64,000 nucleotides of DNA, from assembly GCA_946965045.2 (NCBI GenBank), contig OX337228.1, positions 496,001 through 560,000 on the forward strand. The letters are read 5' to 3'. Shown here piece by piece: positions 33,771 through 45,762 of the stretch (position 1 is its first letter; each line of letters opens with the position of its first letter). Under the pieces are notes generated by a model, which ran no database searches, had not been told where the DNA came from, and saw only the letters and a list, made by a program, of their open reading frames with translations. This stretch comes from Epithemia pelagica (taxonomy: Eukaryota; Protista; Bacillariophyta). A program made the position numbers and the translations under genes.

Positions 33771-34551
33771 CCGTATAACCAACAATCACCGCCGATCCGT
33801 AATACTGTCTCTCAGCTACTTTTGCGCCCCTGTGTGTGGAATGGTGGATGCATCGATACTCTAAAAGAGAGAGAGAGTCTCTTCATTGTATACATAGGTT
33901 GACTGAGGGAAATACCCCAACCACAATCTGATGCTGTTGTTCCAAAATGCAGCACACACACGCGCACTTGTATTGTGAAGGAACAAAGGTCTTCTCCTCT
34001 TGCGTACAATCATCTCGGAGTAGTGCGCCCGATGCAAACGCTCCCGACATGGCACCAATCAGGTGGATCTCTTGTTTTTTTTTCATTCATCGTGGGCAAT
34101 TCTGATTGATGTTGGATCTCCACGTGGCTGTTTTTCATTGGCGCTTGAGTGGCTTTTAGAACGGTCGTCAATGACAAGACGATGCGAACTTCGAACTTCC
34201 TTTCCCTGAAAACCTCAAAGCACATCCCATCGCGAAACTATGTTATGGCAATTATGGACCTAATATGGGCTTGGTTACTTGTTCCATAGGTTTCTTTGGT
34301 ACGCATGAATCCAATATTCATGACTAACACCGTAAAAGAGGCAGGGGATTGTCCTCCACAAGAAAAAAGGTTTGCTCTGTAGTAGTGGTATTATATGAAA
34401 CTCTGCGTAAGTACGAACATAAGACTTGTATAGGTTGGATTGGATTGAGGCCACGGGTTCTTTCTTGGCAAGTTTCAACTATGTATGTGGAGTGTACTAC
34501 CTAGAGCATTTAGAATCATGTCGGAAGTCTTGAGACGGGCTGTCGGTCTTA

Positions 34552-36234
34552 TCAGCACTCCTGTTCATTTTTATACATCTCCTCGTTGAGAAAGGCCATC
34601 TTCGGCGCCGTCATATCTAACGTGTCTGTGCTCTCGCACGAAACTTCCGCAGTACCAAATGAGATCGGAACATGAAATAGTTTGCCCTGGCTTCGCGTAC
34701 CTGTGCCGGTAGCAGCAGAGTAAGTCTGATTGTACCCTTCGTGGGTGTTGCGAAAACCTGTGCCGCTAGGTGAAACAAACCAAACTGCAATAGATAAGAA
34801 AGGGACTACCGTGTGGACCCTGCCAGCGAAATCCTGCCAAAAAGTGATCTGATCAAAATCATGCTGCTTCCCGACTGTGTACTGGATGCACACCAAAACA
34901 TTCTGATAGACGAAGGCGGCATCGATATTCGCAAAATTAGACGTAGCAGGGATCCAATACCTCTGTTTGCGATCAAGATTCTTGATACCTTCTGCGGCAT
35001 CACCGGCACTTCTGATCCAGTCTTCAATGAGTGGCGTATTCTTTCTTTTGAACCATAGATGCAAGATTTCCTCAAAGAACCAGCCTCTCGCCGATTGAAG
35101 GCCACAAACGGTCGCTAAGTTATAGGACGACACAAAGTCACCAACGTCGAGCCGAGCCCTTAGTCGTGAAATCGCGTACTGAGAGTCAACGATCAACAAA
35201 CTGGTTCCCTTTCCATCATAATCGATGAAACGTGTACGAAGCCTGTCACTATGGTCCATGGACGCGTGACTATCCGTCCTCGTGGTAGCCAGATGGATTT
35301 TTTCTTGCGCGAAGCTTGTCAGCAAGTCATCGAACCACTCTGTTATACGTACTTTCCCATCTTTCTGTGTACCCATAAGAGCAAGACGAATCCTACCACC
35401 TGAATAAGAGTATATTTCTTGGGCTTGAGCTACTGTCTGCCCCATCTTAGTCAGAACGAAGCAAATAGTGTCTTCCTTCCACCCTGTCAGTATGCTGACA
35501 ATAGTGGTCATGATCTCCGCTTGACTAACGGTGGGAAAGCCACCCGAAGTGCAAAAGAACCGATAGGATGTGTTCAGCAAATCCATTTTTTCAGAATGTA
35601 GGGGGCCATCAACGAAGGCAATGTAATCGGACGTCTTGAGCACCTTCGTATAGCCACGCACGGTTTTCCATAATTCAAAGTTCGACTGGAAGTCGGCCTT
35701 ATCGATTGTGTCGCAAAACACAAGCCTGATTGTAGACGGTTGCTCGCCAGGTTCCATGATGTACAGCGCAATGTAATCGCTCTCTTTCACTTTTCGAATG
35801 AAGCTGATCTTCTTCGTCGAATGCTCTGGAAGCAATTGAAACCGTAGCGCAACCAGGAAAAGCAGAACAGACTTGCCAATACCAGCCGATCCAGTCAAAA
35901 TCCGCTTGTTCTCCTGTGGAGTTTTTTTGGTCAATAAATTGCTAAACATTGTCTGCATTTCGGAACGAACAAATACTCGCCTTGGCATCAAGAAGTTTTC
36001 CCCCAAACCACGCCGAAGCTTGTCGAGACACGATAATTCGAGGAAACCGTCCTCATTCGCATTCAAGATCAGCTGACCGTCCGTGTTCGTTGTAAACAGA
36101 GTGGAAACATCGATTTCGCACTTAGCGAAAGACTCTCCTCCTGCGTCAAAAATTTCCTGGAGTCCTTGAGAGAGCGCTACGTTCCCTGTCCTGGTGTCGT
36201 CGACATCCATTTCTGTCGCCTCCTCTTCTGCCAT
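34552..36234 (-). CDS. Crinkler-like protein: P-loop NTPase + C-terminal restriction-endonuclease-fold domain
   Basis: Walker A GSAGIGKS, FVDG, TSGG, GGRIR; C-terminal FEEILH...P..SNFANIDA...IQYTV..H typical of CR-REase domains. Confidence 0.8.
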   Translation of the reverse strand: MAEEEATEMDVDDTRTGNVALSQGLQEIFDAGGESFAKCEIDVSTLFTTNTDGQLILNANEDGFLELSCLDKLRRGLGENFLMPRRVFVRSEMQTMFSNLLTKKTPQENKRILTGSAGIGKSVLLFLVALRFQLLPEHSTKKISFIRKVKESDYIALYIMEPGEQPSTIRLVFCDTIDKADFQSNFELWKTVRGYTKVLKTSDYIAFVDGPLHSEKMDLLNTSYRFFCTSGGFPTVSQAEIMTTIVSILTGWKEDTICFVLTKMGQTVAQAQEIYSYSGGRIRLALMGTQKDGKVRITEWFDDLLTSFAQEKIHLATTRTDSHASMDHSDRLRTRFIDYDGKGTSLLIVDSQYAISRLRARLDVGDFVSSYNLATVCGLQSARGWFFEEILHLWFKRKNTPLIEDWIRSAGDAAEGIKNLDRKQRYWIPATSNFANIDAAFVYQNVLVCIQYTVGKQHDFDQITFWQDFAGRVHTVVPFLSIAVWFVSPSGTGFRNTHEGYNQTYSAATGTGTRSQGKLFHVPISFGTAEVSCESTDTLDMTAPKMAFLNEEMYKNEQEC

Positions 36235-37024
36235 ATTGTCTTGTGCTTCCTAAATGACCACAGCTGTCGCTTAAGGGGTAAGAAGGGTTGCTTTGGGTAG
36301 AGCAAAAACCAAACACACCAACACCATTGTCGTGGGAGGAGGAAAAGAATAAGTACTGCATGTGCCGTGCGTGATCGCCGGCCGACACGCCGGGCCTGTA
36401 AAGAAAGGAGGTTGAGGAGGGCCCATTCGATATCGTCGCGCGCAAAAGCGCGATTTTGGTGCTCACGAGAAATGGTCGCGGTTATGGGCGAGAATTTAGC
36501 GAAGGATAGGCCCTCTAGGATAGAGGAATGTAATAGTCACTCTTTTAAAGATATGACCCAACATCATGACCGAATTTTGGTTTATCAGACCCAAGACTCT
36601 GATTCTAATGGAGAAGCTATGGCACAATGGGCCTGAGAAGGTCGAGAAATATCTAGATCGGACGACAAGGTCCATTATGATCTGCCCATGGAAGATATAA
36701 GAAAATCTTCTACTAGTCTTAGAATATGTTCAACCTGCAACGGGGAGTGAACAAGACTAGTTCAGAAGTGTGGTCTGCATATGCGCACACTTCGGGCAAT
36801 GGCGGACGCGCCAGTCTTTGCCGTTGAAAAGACAAGCCTGCCATGCGACCATGCGTTTTCACCTATGTGACGCTGGCCGATAAAGAATGCAGCTGTGCAC
36901 GCTTTCTACCTTTAGGATCGCCAGTCGATGAATCACTGGACAGTCGGAAGAAATGAAGTAAAACACACTTCCGAATACGTTAAAGTCTGAAAGAGTCCAA
37001 CGAAGATACTAACAAGAAGAAACC

Positions 37025-38557
37025 ATGGCTGAACCTGCTCCTCCTGGCCCTCCTGTCGCTGACCCCGACGCTCCTCCGGCGCCTCCTACAGCTGCGCAAC
37101 TACTTACGCAGTTTAACACCTACTTCGAGAATGTATTGTTGATTTCCGACCAAGGAGTCCGCGACGCTTTGAATGGACAAGGATTAGTGTCTATTAGCGA
37201 TTTTGAAGGTCTCACGGAAGAAGACATCGCTGAAATCTGTAACAACGCTCGGAAGCCAGGGGGAACGATACCTAACCCTGCTTATGATGCCGCTGCACCT
37301 GTTGCTGGCGTACCCCAGACAATTACGAATCCAGGTGTCCTCGTCGGCCATGTCATTGAGAAGCGTTTGAAGATGGTTCGCTACTATGTTCACCACCTCA
37401 AGAAAATCTCTAGGGATTTTGATCCAGGAGCAAATCACGCAAACTTACAAGGCTTACAAGATTTGTATCGCTTCAAGACCAGTGAAGACGAATATGACAA
37501 CGACATCGAACTCCCCAAACGCCTTACTGCGGTGGAGAATATTCGAGTCGTCCTTGAGGACTTAGATGATTATCTCGAGCGCAAACGTGGTTGTACCGGA
37601 ATCCCTTTAGCCGCGTACACCCGTACGATGCAAACGATTCCCCCAACAAATATGGACGCTGGCTATGGACGCCCAAGCATTTCGGCAGAATTGATACGTC
37701 GTGCTCCCCACAGCGGACCCACTGCCCTCACTGACAATGAGGCAGTTTGGGATGCAATCTGTCACGTAACCCATGATGGACCAGGCTGGGGATGGGTACA
37801 GGCCTTCAGTCGTACAAGGAATGGTAGGCAAGCATACTTGGCCTTAAAGACTCACTATTTCGGAGATGCCTACCAAACAAGACTCCGTGCAAAAGCTGAT
37901 CAGGCGTTGGAAACCAACTACTACGACGGAACAAAACGTCATTATACTTATGAGAAGTATATTGAGTCCTTACAAAGGGCTTTTACCGATCTCGAAAGTA
38001 CAGGAGAATTTGTCAGTAACAAGCGGAAAGTTCGAGTCCTCATGACTGGAATTCACGATCCTAGATTGGAGAGCGCTAAGAATACTATCTTGGCCACTCC
38101 GGAACTAAGAGCCTCTTTCGAGACTGCTTCGAATTATATGGCTGAGGTCCTTGATAACAAGGTTTCTTATAGCGCAACGACAAGAAAGGCAAGAATCTCC
38201 GCTGTGCAAACGAACAATAGGAAGAACAACGGGGGGACGCCAAATAACAAGAACAAGAAAAAGACCATCCACGACAACGAGGCGTTCAATCCCAACCGGT
38301 ATTTCCCGCTCAGACAATGGATAAAGCTCTCTAAAGAGCAACAAGAAATGGTACGAAGCGTCAGAGACGCGCAGAATAGTAGCACCAAGAAGAGAACTGC
38401 ATCTGCTATCCGTTCTGGAAGAAAGAAACAGAAGACAGAAAATGGTTCGACCACAACGACAGAAGACTCTCTCAGTAGCGATGGGGAGAATGAAGAAAAG
38501 GAAGCAGGTATTGGAGCAATCATGAGTCAGAGGAAGAAGGGCAAGAACAAGGTCTGA
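37025..38557 (+). CDS. gag: Copia-2 Gag (510 aa)
   Basis: Homologous throughout to Copia-1 Gag. Confidence 0.9.
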   Translation: MAEPAPPGPPVADPDAPPAPPTAAQLLTQFNTYFENVLLISDQGVRDALNGQGLVSISDFEGLTEEDIAEICNNARKPGGTIPNPAYDAAAPVAGVPQTITNPGVLVGHVIEKRLKMVRYYVHHLKKISRDFDPGANHANLQGLQDLYRFKTSEDEYDNDIELPKRLTAVENIRVVLEDLDDYLERKRGCTGIPLAAYTRTMQTIPPTNMDAGYGRPSISAELIRRAPHSGPTALTDNEAVWDAICHVTHDGPGWGWVQAFSRTRNGRQAYLALKTHYFGDAYQTRLRAKADQALETNYYDGTKRHYTYEKYIESLQRAFTDLESTGEFVSNKRKVRVLMTGIHDPRLESAKNTILATPELRASFETASNYMAEVLDNKVSYSATTRKARISAVQTNNRKNNGGTPNNKNKKKTIHDNEAFNPNRYFPLRQWIKLSKEQQEMVRSVRDAQNSSTKKRTASAIRSGRKKQKTENGSTTTTEDSLSSDGENEEKEAGIGAIMSQRKKGKNKV

Positions 38558-41500
38558 CGATCAGTCAGTACATTAGCCAGTGAAGTTACGGCCAAAGTCG
38601 CCACATGCGAATTGGACAGTCATGCCGACACATGCTGTTTAGGAAACGTTTGCCTTGTTCTTTACGAGACAGACAAGGCAGAGGTCAGTGGCTTCACAAA
38701 CACTCTCGGTAGCATCAAAGAAACACCGATTGTAACAGGTGTTGTCGCATACGAAGATCAAGCAACTGGTGAAACGTACCTCTTATACTTCCACCAATCT
38801 TTGCATCTCCCGATGATGAACCAAATGAGGGAAGCAGGACTTACAGTCAATGACGTGCCGTTAAAATACTTGCCGGCAGATGAAAGAAAAGCAACTTCCC
38901 ATTCGATCGTCGCCCCATTGAGTGATAGTAATGAGAAACTTGTCATCCCCTTTGATTTGATTGGAGTGATGAGTAGCTTCACCGTAAGGAAACCAACATG
39001 GGACAAAATACGCGACATCGATCCAATGAACAGAATCCAAATGACGAACCAATCCCCAGAATGGAGTCCGAATGACTCAACTGAAGACGTTGATGAAAGT
39101 AAACTCCGAGTTGATTTGGGTAATGATTCGATCAGGGAAAAGGAACCAAGAACTTTACACCAAAGAATGGCCCGAATGGTGCGTGTAAATACAAGAGCGA
39201 TAGCCGATATACGGCATCGAAGAAAGGGGACGATTGATCCCATAACGCTGTCATCAAGATGGGGGATAGGGATCCCGACAGCCGAGAAGACATGTGCTGC
39301 GACAACACAACTGGGAGTGAGAGATTTCTCTGACTCAGTTGGCAGCAAAAGGTTGAAGCATACCGCTTACCAACTCAAGCACCGAAGGTTAAGAGCAGAT
39401 GTGTATACAGACACTCTGTTTTCTGACACCAAGTCTTTGGCCCAAAACACTTGTGGGCAGATATACGCGACAGACTTCGGCTGGGTTCAATTCTACCCAA
39501 TGATGAGGAAGAAGGATGCACACGCCACGTTGGAAAGGGCGTTCAATGATTTTGGCATCTTCAATAACGTAATTCCGGATAATGCACCGGAACTAACCAG
39601 TGGGCAATTCAGGAAAACTGCCCATAAGTTCGGTTGCCGAATTCGGCCCATAGAGGCTTGGACACCGAACCAAAACTTGGCAGAAGCGAATATTCGAGAA
39701 TTAAAACGAATGTACCGCCGAGAGATGAAGAGAACTAACTGCCCCGCGGTCCTTTGGGACCATTGTTTGGAGCTGATGGCTAAGAGATGGTCCCATACAG
39801 TTCTGACATCAAGTCCTCTAATGGAAGGCCCTCCTATGAAGATCCTAACTGGAGATACACCGGATATTTCGCACTTAGTCGAGCACCGTTGGTACGATCC
39901 GGTTTGGTATTCTAATCCAAGGTTTGAAGGAAGAAAATTGGGGCGGTGGCTAGGACCGAGTGACAGTGTTGGCCAAGCCATGAGCAGTAAGATACTCACG
40001 GCCAAAGGAAAGATCGTTCACAGAACCTCTGTTTGGCCTCTGTCAGTGGAGAAATCTCACGATGAGACTTTCACCGCATAGAAGGAGCAGTTCAACGACT
40101 CGCTCAGAGAAGCATGAGGAAACAGAGCAGATGGATTACCTCCAGGGGACGAAGACGAGCCGGACGAATACAATACGGCGACTCCCCATTATGAGGCCTA
40201 TGAAGACGACGAACAAGGAGACGTGCGTAAACCCGACATGGATGAGCACAAGGTTGACTCGCATGATAAGCTTATCTCTGCAAAGGTAATGCTTCCTCTG
40301 GGAGATTCTTTAAGATCAGGCCAAGTCAAACGACGCAAAAGAGATTCCGAAGGTAACTTGGTTGGGCGTGCATCCTCTAATCCGTTCCTCGACACCTCCA
40401 TGTATGAGGTAGAGTTTCAAGACGGACATGTGGAATCTTATGCAGCCAACTTGATAGCGGAAAATATCTACGAGCAATTAGACGATGAAGGAAACAAATA
40501 TTGTCTCATCGATCAAATCATAGATCACAAGAAAGATGCATCGGCGATTCCCTTATCCAAGGGCACTATAATGCTAAATGGAAGGGAACACAAGAAACGT
40601 ACGACGAGAGGATGGTCATTCTGTGTGCAGTGGCGTGACGGTACAACCAGCTGGGAGTACCTAAAGGATTTGAAAGAATCAAACCCTCTGGAAGTAGCAG
40701 AATACGCAGTGGCAAACTTGCTCGATAAAGAGCCAGCTTTCGCATGGTGGGTCAATTTTGCTCTAAAGCGACGGGATCGATTGATTAAGGCAGCCAAGAC
40801 AACGCGATATATGCGAAAATGGCAGAAGTATGGGATCGAAATCCCTAAGACAGTCGAACGGGCGTTGGAAATCGATAAGGAGACAGGAACTGATTTCTGG
40901 GCTAAAGCCCTCCGTCTGGAAAAGTCGAAAATTTTCCCGGCCGTCAAGATACTAGATGAAGGTGCTCAACACCCAGTTGGGCATCAGATGATTCCATACC
41001 ACATCGTTTTCGATGTGAAAATGGATTTCACAAGGAAAGCACGCTTCGTGGCAGGTGGCCATAAGACTCAAGAACCAGAGACCCCAACGTACGCTAGCGT
41101 GGTATCAAGGGAAAGCGTCAGAATTGGGTTTCTCTTAGCTGCTTTGAATGATATCGAAGTAATTGCCGCCAATATTGCTGGTGCTTACCTTAATGCGCCG
41201 TGCCATGAGAAGATCTGTTTCAAGTGCGGATTGGAATTTGGAAAGGAATATGAAGGTCGGTTCGCAATAATCACCAAAGCCCTTTATGGCCTCAAGACTA
41301 GTGCCTTTGCTTGGCAAGAGCACCTATCAACTACCTTACAAGAGTCCCTCGGGTTTAGCCCTTGCCGGGCCGACCCAGATGTTTATCTAAGAGCAGCGAC
41401 GAAACTGGATGGCACAAGGTACTACAAGATGGTCTTCATTTATATAGACGATGTGCTCGTACAATCAAACCAAGGGAAAGAGATTCTTAACATGCTTGAC

Positions 41501-42521
41501 CAGCATTATCTGCTAAAGCTGGATTCCATTGGACCACCGAAATTGTATCTTGGAAACCAAGTCGAGACCTTCGACATTGACGGGGATACTTCAAAGCGGT
41601 GCTGGGCTTTAAGCTCAAGACGGTATGCCAAGGAAGCCATCAGGAATGTTCAAAATTGGATGGAGTCAAGAGGAATGCAATTCAAAACGAGAACAGCAGG
41701 TGTTCTTCCAGCAAACTATCGTCCAGAGCTTGACACGAGTGCTTATTGTGATCATGATTGGATGAATTTCTTTCAGCAACAAATGGGAGTGTTGAGATGC
41801 TTAGTCGAGTTTGGCCGTATTGACATTACGGCTGAAGTATCGATGTTAGCGGCATTTTTGGCTGGACCAAGGGAAGGACACGTACATGCGATGCTGCATA
41901 TTTTCGCGTATATTAATACGCATGATCGTTCGAGGTTGGTCCTTGACCCCAGTTACATTACACATGGGGAAGAACCAAACGCAGACTGGAATTCTTTTTA
42001 CCCCGATGCAAAGGAGGAGATTCCACCAGACTGCCCAGAACCACTGGGTAAATCTGTGCAAATGACAGCATTTGTCGATTCTGACCATGCTGGCGATTTA
42101 GTGACGAGGAGATCAAGAACAGGTATATTGATCTTCTTAAACAGGGCGCCTGTAAATTGGTACAGTAAGAAGCAGACCAGTGTGGAGACATCCACTTTTG
42201 GGTCTGAGTTCATGGCCCTTAAAGTCGGCATTGAGATGATCAAAGGTTTAAGGTACAAGTTGAGGATGATGGGTGTTCCCCTAGAAGGGCATACACATGT
42301 TCGAGTGGACAACATGTCTGTGGTGCAGAATAGTTCAAAACCATCTTCGACACTGCGAAAAAAAATCGAATGCAATTGCGTATCATTTCGTCCGTGAGAA
42401 CGTTGCTAACGGAACATGTCGCATTGCTTACGAACCATCACGTACTAACCTTGCCGACCTTTTGACAAAGATCCAATCAGGAAGTGAGAGGACAAGGTTG
42501 GCCTCTTTGATCCTATATTAG
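38558..42521 (+). pseudogene. pol: Copia-2 Pol with nonsense and frameshift lesions
   Basis: TAG 40079-40081, TGA 40115-40117, +1 A in the run at 42358-42365, 21-nt deletion near 38818, RT motif DIAG changed to NIAG. Confidence 0.92.
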
Positions 42522-43873
42522 TGCGTTTCCCACTGTAATGATTACAGGGTCGGGTACGTCCTGTACTTGTTATGGAGCAAGCTTTAAACAGATTGAGTAG
42601 GAATGAGATATACTTGGACACGATTACCCTATCAAATGGCCAGTGAATCGCGAGGGGACCGAGAAATGGTCGCGGTTATGGGCGAGAATTTAGCGAAGGA
42701 TAGGCCCTCTAGGATAGAGGAATGTAATAGTCACTCTTTTAAAGATATGACCCAACATCATGACCGAATTTTGCTCATGCTCACCAAAATTTCTTCCAAA
42801 TCGCGTCGCGCTTTTACAGTCCATTCTATCGATCCGCGATTTTGCGATTTGCGCATTGGGCGCTCAACATGACTATGTGCGACCGGGCTCATAAATTAAA
42901 GATAGCAAAAGTAGCTTTTGCTCCAGTTACCTCCATCTCTAGCTCCACGGCCTCTTCATGAGACCTTCCCAGGGCAATATAAAAGTAAGAAATATACGGC
43001 AAAGGCCGTAACAGGGCTTTTATCATTGTCTTCTTTGATGCCCATTGTCAAGTGAAGTTTCTCTCGTCCGTCGCCAAAAATTGTAGCAATAGTGTGGAGG
43101 CGCGCATGTCAATCTATATGTTCCCCATGGTATTCATCAGTTTGTATACTCCGAATGAGCCGGCCATCCCCCTGTAGCTTTGTACCAGAGTCTACGGCAA
43201 AACTTTATGCGACTGATTTTGGACGAAAAAAACGATCCACTAAAAGTTTCAGGAGGGAGTACTCTACTAGGTGGTTGATATACGATCGTCCCATATCGTA
43301 GGATATGCAAATGACGGGACAGTTCCGGGTACCAGCACAGATAGAACATCCGATATCGTTTCTCTAAGCATCCAGCAAGGGTCGAACCATGCCAAGCCAA
43401 GGGAGGAAAGTGTTGAGGTTGTTGTTGTCCTAGCTCATGGCCCTCATTATTTTCAACGAGGACAAACGACTCGAGATTGAGAGTTGAGAGCTCGATTGCC
43501 ATCCGTCATGTTGTCATCCGCCATATGATAGATCACATCTCGTGCGAGTGGCATCAAGTCGAAGCGTCACTTACCACCACAATACCACGAGCACCTCTTT
43601 GCATATCGTTGATTGTTGAAGTAGTGGCGTAGGAGGAAGCCGAACAGAGGATTCGCATGGCCGCCGAAGAGGTTGTGGGTTGAGGCACCTCTTAACAAAA
43701 GACGAATATGATGAGTGGCGTGCAGCATCCGCAAGGGAACAGACCCAAAATTTACAATGACCTACAATGACCGACACATTTGCTTCCGAATCGCAGATGC
43801 TCACGGTGAGCAAATCGCATTTGGTGAGCGCTTACCCTCTAACTTATCATCGGAACATTGATGCGGGTGAAGG

Positions 43874-43906
43874 TGCGAGTGCGGGGGCTTACCCCCCGCA
43901 CTCGCA
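43874..43906. repeat. Perfect 14-bp hairpin in the Harbinger left subterminal region
   Basis: TGCGAGTGCGGGGG-CTTAC-CCCCCGCACTCGCA. Confidence 0.85.
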
Positions 43907-44505
43907 TCAACGTTCTTACTAGAAACTTAACAGTTATCCGTAGTTTTGTCATGCGAGTGTGCTTCAACGGATAGAATGACAGACGATTGTCGGATCCACA
44001 AATCCACAATCCACACACTCCATATACGACGGCAACGACGACAGCTCTACGATCTACGAAGAAGAAAGACAATCTTACGATAGCACAACTACGGATAATG
44101 TATCGAGGCGACGGACGTGATAAAAAAATGTTTTTGCTAGTATTCACAAAATTGCATTCGTGCTAATGGGATCGGGGTTCATTCATTTTTTCGTTTGACG
44201 ACATTTCACAGGTGATGACGAATGTGCTGATGATCCGCATTGTCATTCCGTCCTGCGATTGTATATGCTAATGTAGTAGAAACATAAAAACTACCCATCA
44301 TGCTCATAAATTCAAGACAGCACTGTCTCGTCTGAGGAGACAGCCAGATTGACGTGGCAGCTTTGAATATACAAATCTGGAGAGAAGATGTTTGATGTTT
44401 GGCTTAGGTGGCCACGTTCATGCCAAGTCAAAGGAAACAAAGCAGAGTCGATGTTGTCACTTTTCAAGGCAAACTACTTGTAGCCAGATAACATTTTTTC
44501 TTGCA

Positions 44506-45567
44506 ATGGACGATTGGATTATTGATGCCGTGTTTGAAGAAGAGCTTGAGCTTGTTCTTGTCATCCATTTATTCAATCAAAGAAAACGTCTCCGACTCAT
44601 GAAATGGCAACACCGTCGTCTCGATTGGGATGAATATGTTGCGATGCTTCTCCACACAAATGAGTTTGAGAACACTTTGCACATGAGTTATGAAGCATTC
44701 TCCATTCTAGTAGATTTGATACGTCCTGGCATTTCCATCGATCCGATGCTCTCCAGCGCCGGCAGTGGCGGCAATGATCCAATCTATCCGGAAATGGTTG
44801 CATCAATCGGTCTACGTTGGTTTGGTGGAGAACTAGAGAAAAGTTTGAAGCATATCCATGGGGTATCGAGAGATACAGTCCGTCGCATGATCAACCTGTT
44901 TCTCAAAGCAGTAAAGGAATGTGAGCATCTTGCAATCCAACTGCCTACCACCGAGGAAGGTTTGAAGGAACTTGCCGATGGTTTTGGAGAAGTGAGTGAA
45001 TCTCAAGGCCTCATGTATGGGTGTGTTGGAGCCATTGATGGGTGGCTCTGTACCCATGAACGCCCGAGGTTTGAAGAAAATCAGGCTGACTATTTCTCTG
45101 GCCATTACCATCGATATGGATCAAACGTACAAGCGGTATGTGATTCGAAACTCAAATTTATATACGTTGCGTACGCTGCTCCTGGGAAAACAAACGACTT
45201 CAACGCGTTTAGAATGTGCACTGGTCTCCACGAGTGGATGCATGCGCTCACTCAAGAAAGAAAGTATTACCTTGTTGGCGACAACGCATATGAACTTTCT
45301 GACCAATTGTTGATTCCGTTCTCAGGCGCCAACATTTCAAGACAAAACTCAGACTTCAATTTCTTTTTGTCGCAAATGAGGATACGAATTGAAATGGCGT
45401 TTGGGAGATTGACAACGAAATGGCGAATCTTCAGACGAGACTTCCAGTACGATGTAACAAAAATACGTGACACGGTAATGGTAGCATGCCAACTGCACAA
45501 CTTTGTAATTGCGCATGGAGATTCCATAGAGCAAAATGAAAATCAGAAGATTTTATTGAAGCCCTAG
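44506..45567 (+). CDS. PIF/Harbinger transposase, copy 2; C-terminal tail lost by a 1-bp deletion near 45543
   Basis: Matches copy 1 (one I/F difference seen) through the DDE core and CQLHNF; frame shifts after IEQNEN. Confidence 0.88.
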   Translation: MDDWIIDAVFEEELELVLVIHLFNQRKRLRLMKWQHRRLDWDEYVAMLLHTNEFENTLHMSYEAFSILVDLIRPGISIDPMLSSAGSGGNDPIYPEMVASIGLRWFGGELEKSLKHIHGVSRDTVRRMINLFLKAVKECEHLAIQLPTTEEGLKELADGFGEVSESQGLMYGCVGAIDGWLCTHERPRFEENQADYFSGHYHRYGSNVQAVCDSKLKFIYVAYAAPGKTNDFNAFRMCTGLHEWMHALTQERKYYLVGDNAYELSDQLLIPFSGANISRQNSDFNFFLSQMRIRIEMAFGRLTTKWRIFRRDFQYDVTKIRDTVMVACQLHNFVIAHGDSIEQNENQKILLKP

Positions 45568-45762
45568 AACAAGCAAGAGATGGGCTCGGGTATTATGAAA
45601 CTACGCAAGAAACAAGTGCAGTCGAGGTGGGCCATTCTGCAAGGCAAGAGTGGTTGTCGCAACAAATTCAACTCGAGGGTATTGGCCGTCCAACAGCCAA
45701 CACCCTATTCATCAATCATTGAATAGTAGTAATGGTAGTACCACTGTAGTATCATTTTCCTC

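Larger units (their letters stand above)
36466..42773 (+). mobile_element. Ty1/Copia LTR retrotransposon 2 (CoDi-like), defective pol
   Basis: Identical 114-bp LTRs (36466-36579, 42660-42773), TSD CTCA, PBS 36580-36601, PPT 42652-42659. Confidence 0.97.

Noticed and set aside
36380-36400. CCGACACGCCGGGC as a third copy of the rod-hairpin element
   Set aside because: Only a short similarity, with no pairing arm nearby.
42870-43780. Decayed helicase/Helitron fragment (FYIALGR resembling YVALSR)
   Set aside because: One weak motif in a stop-riddled frame; no other helicase motifs found.
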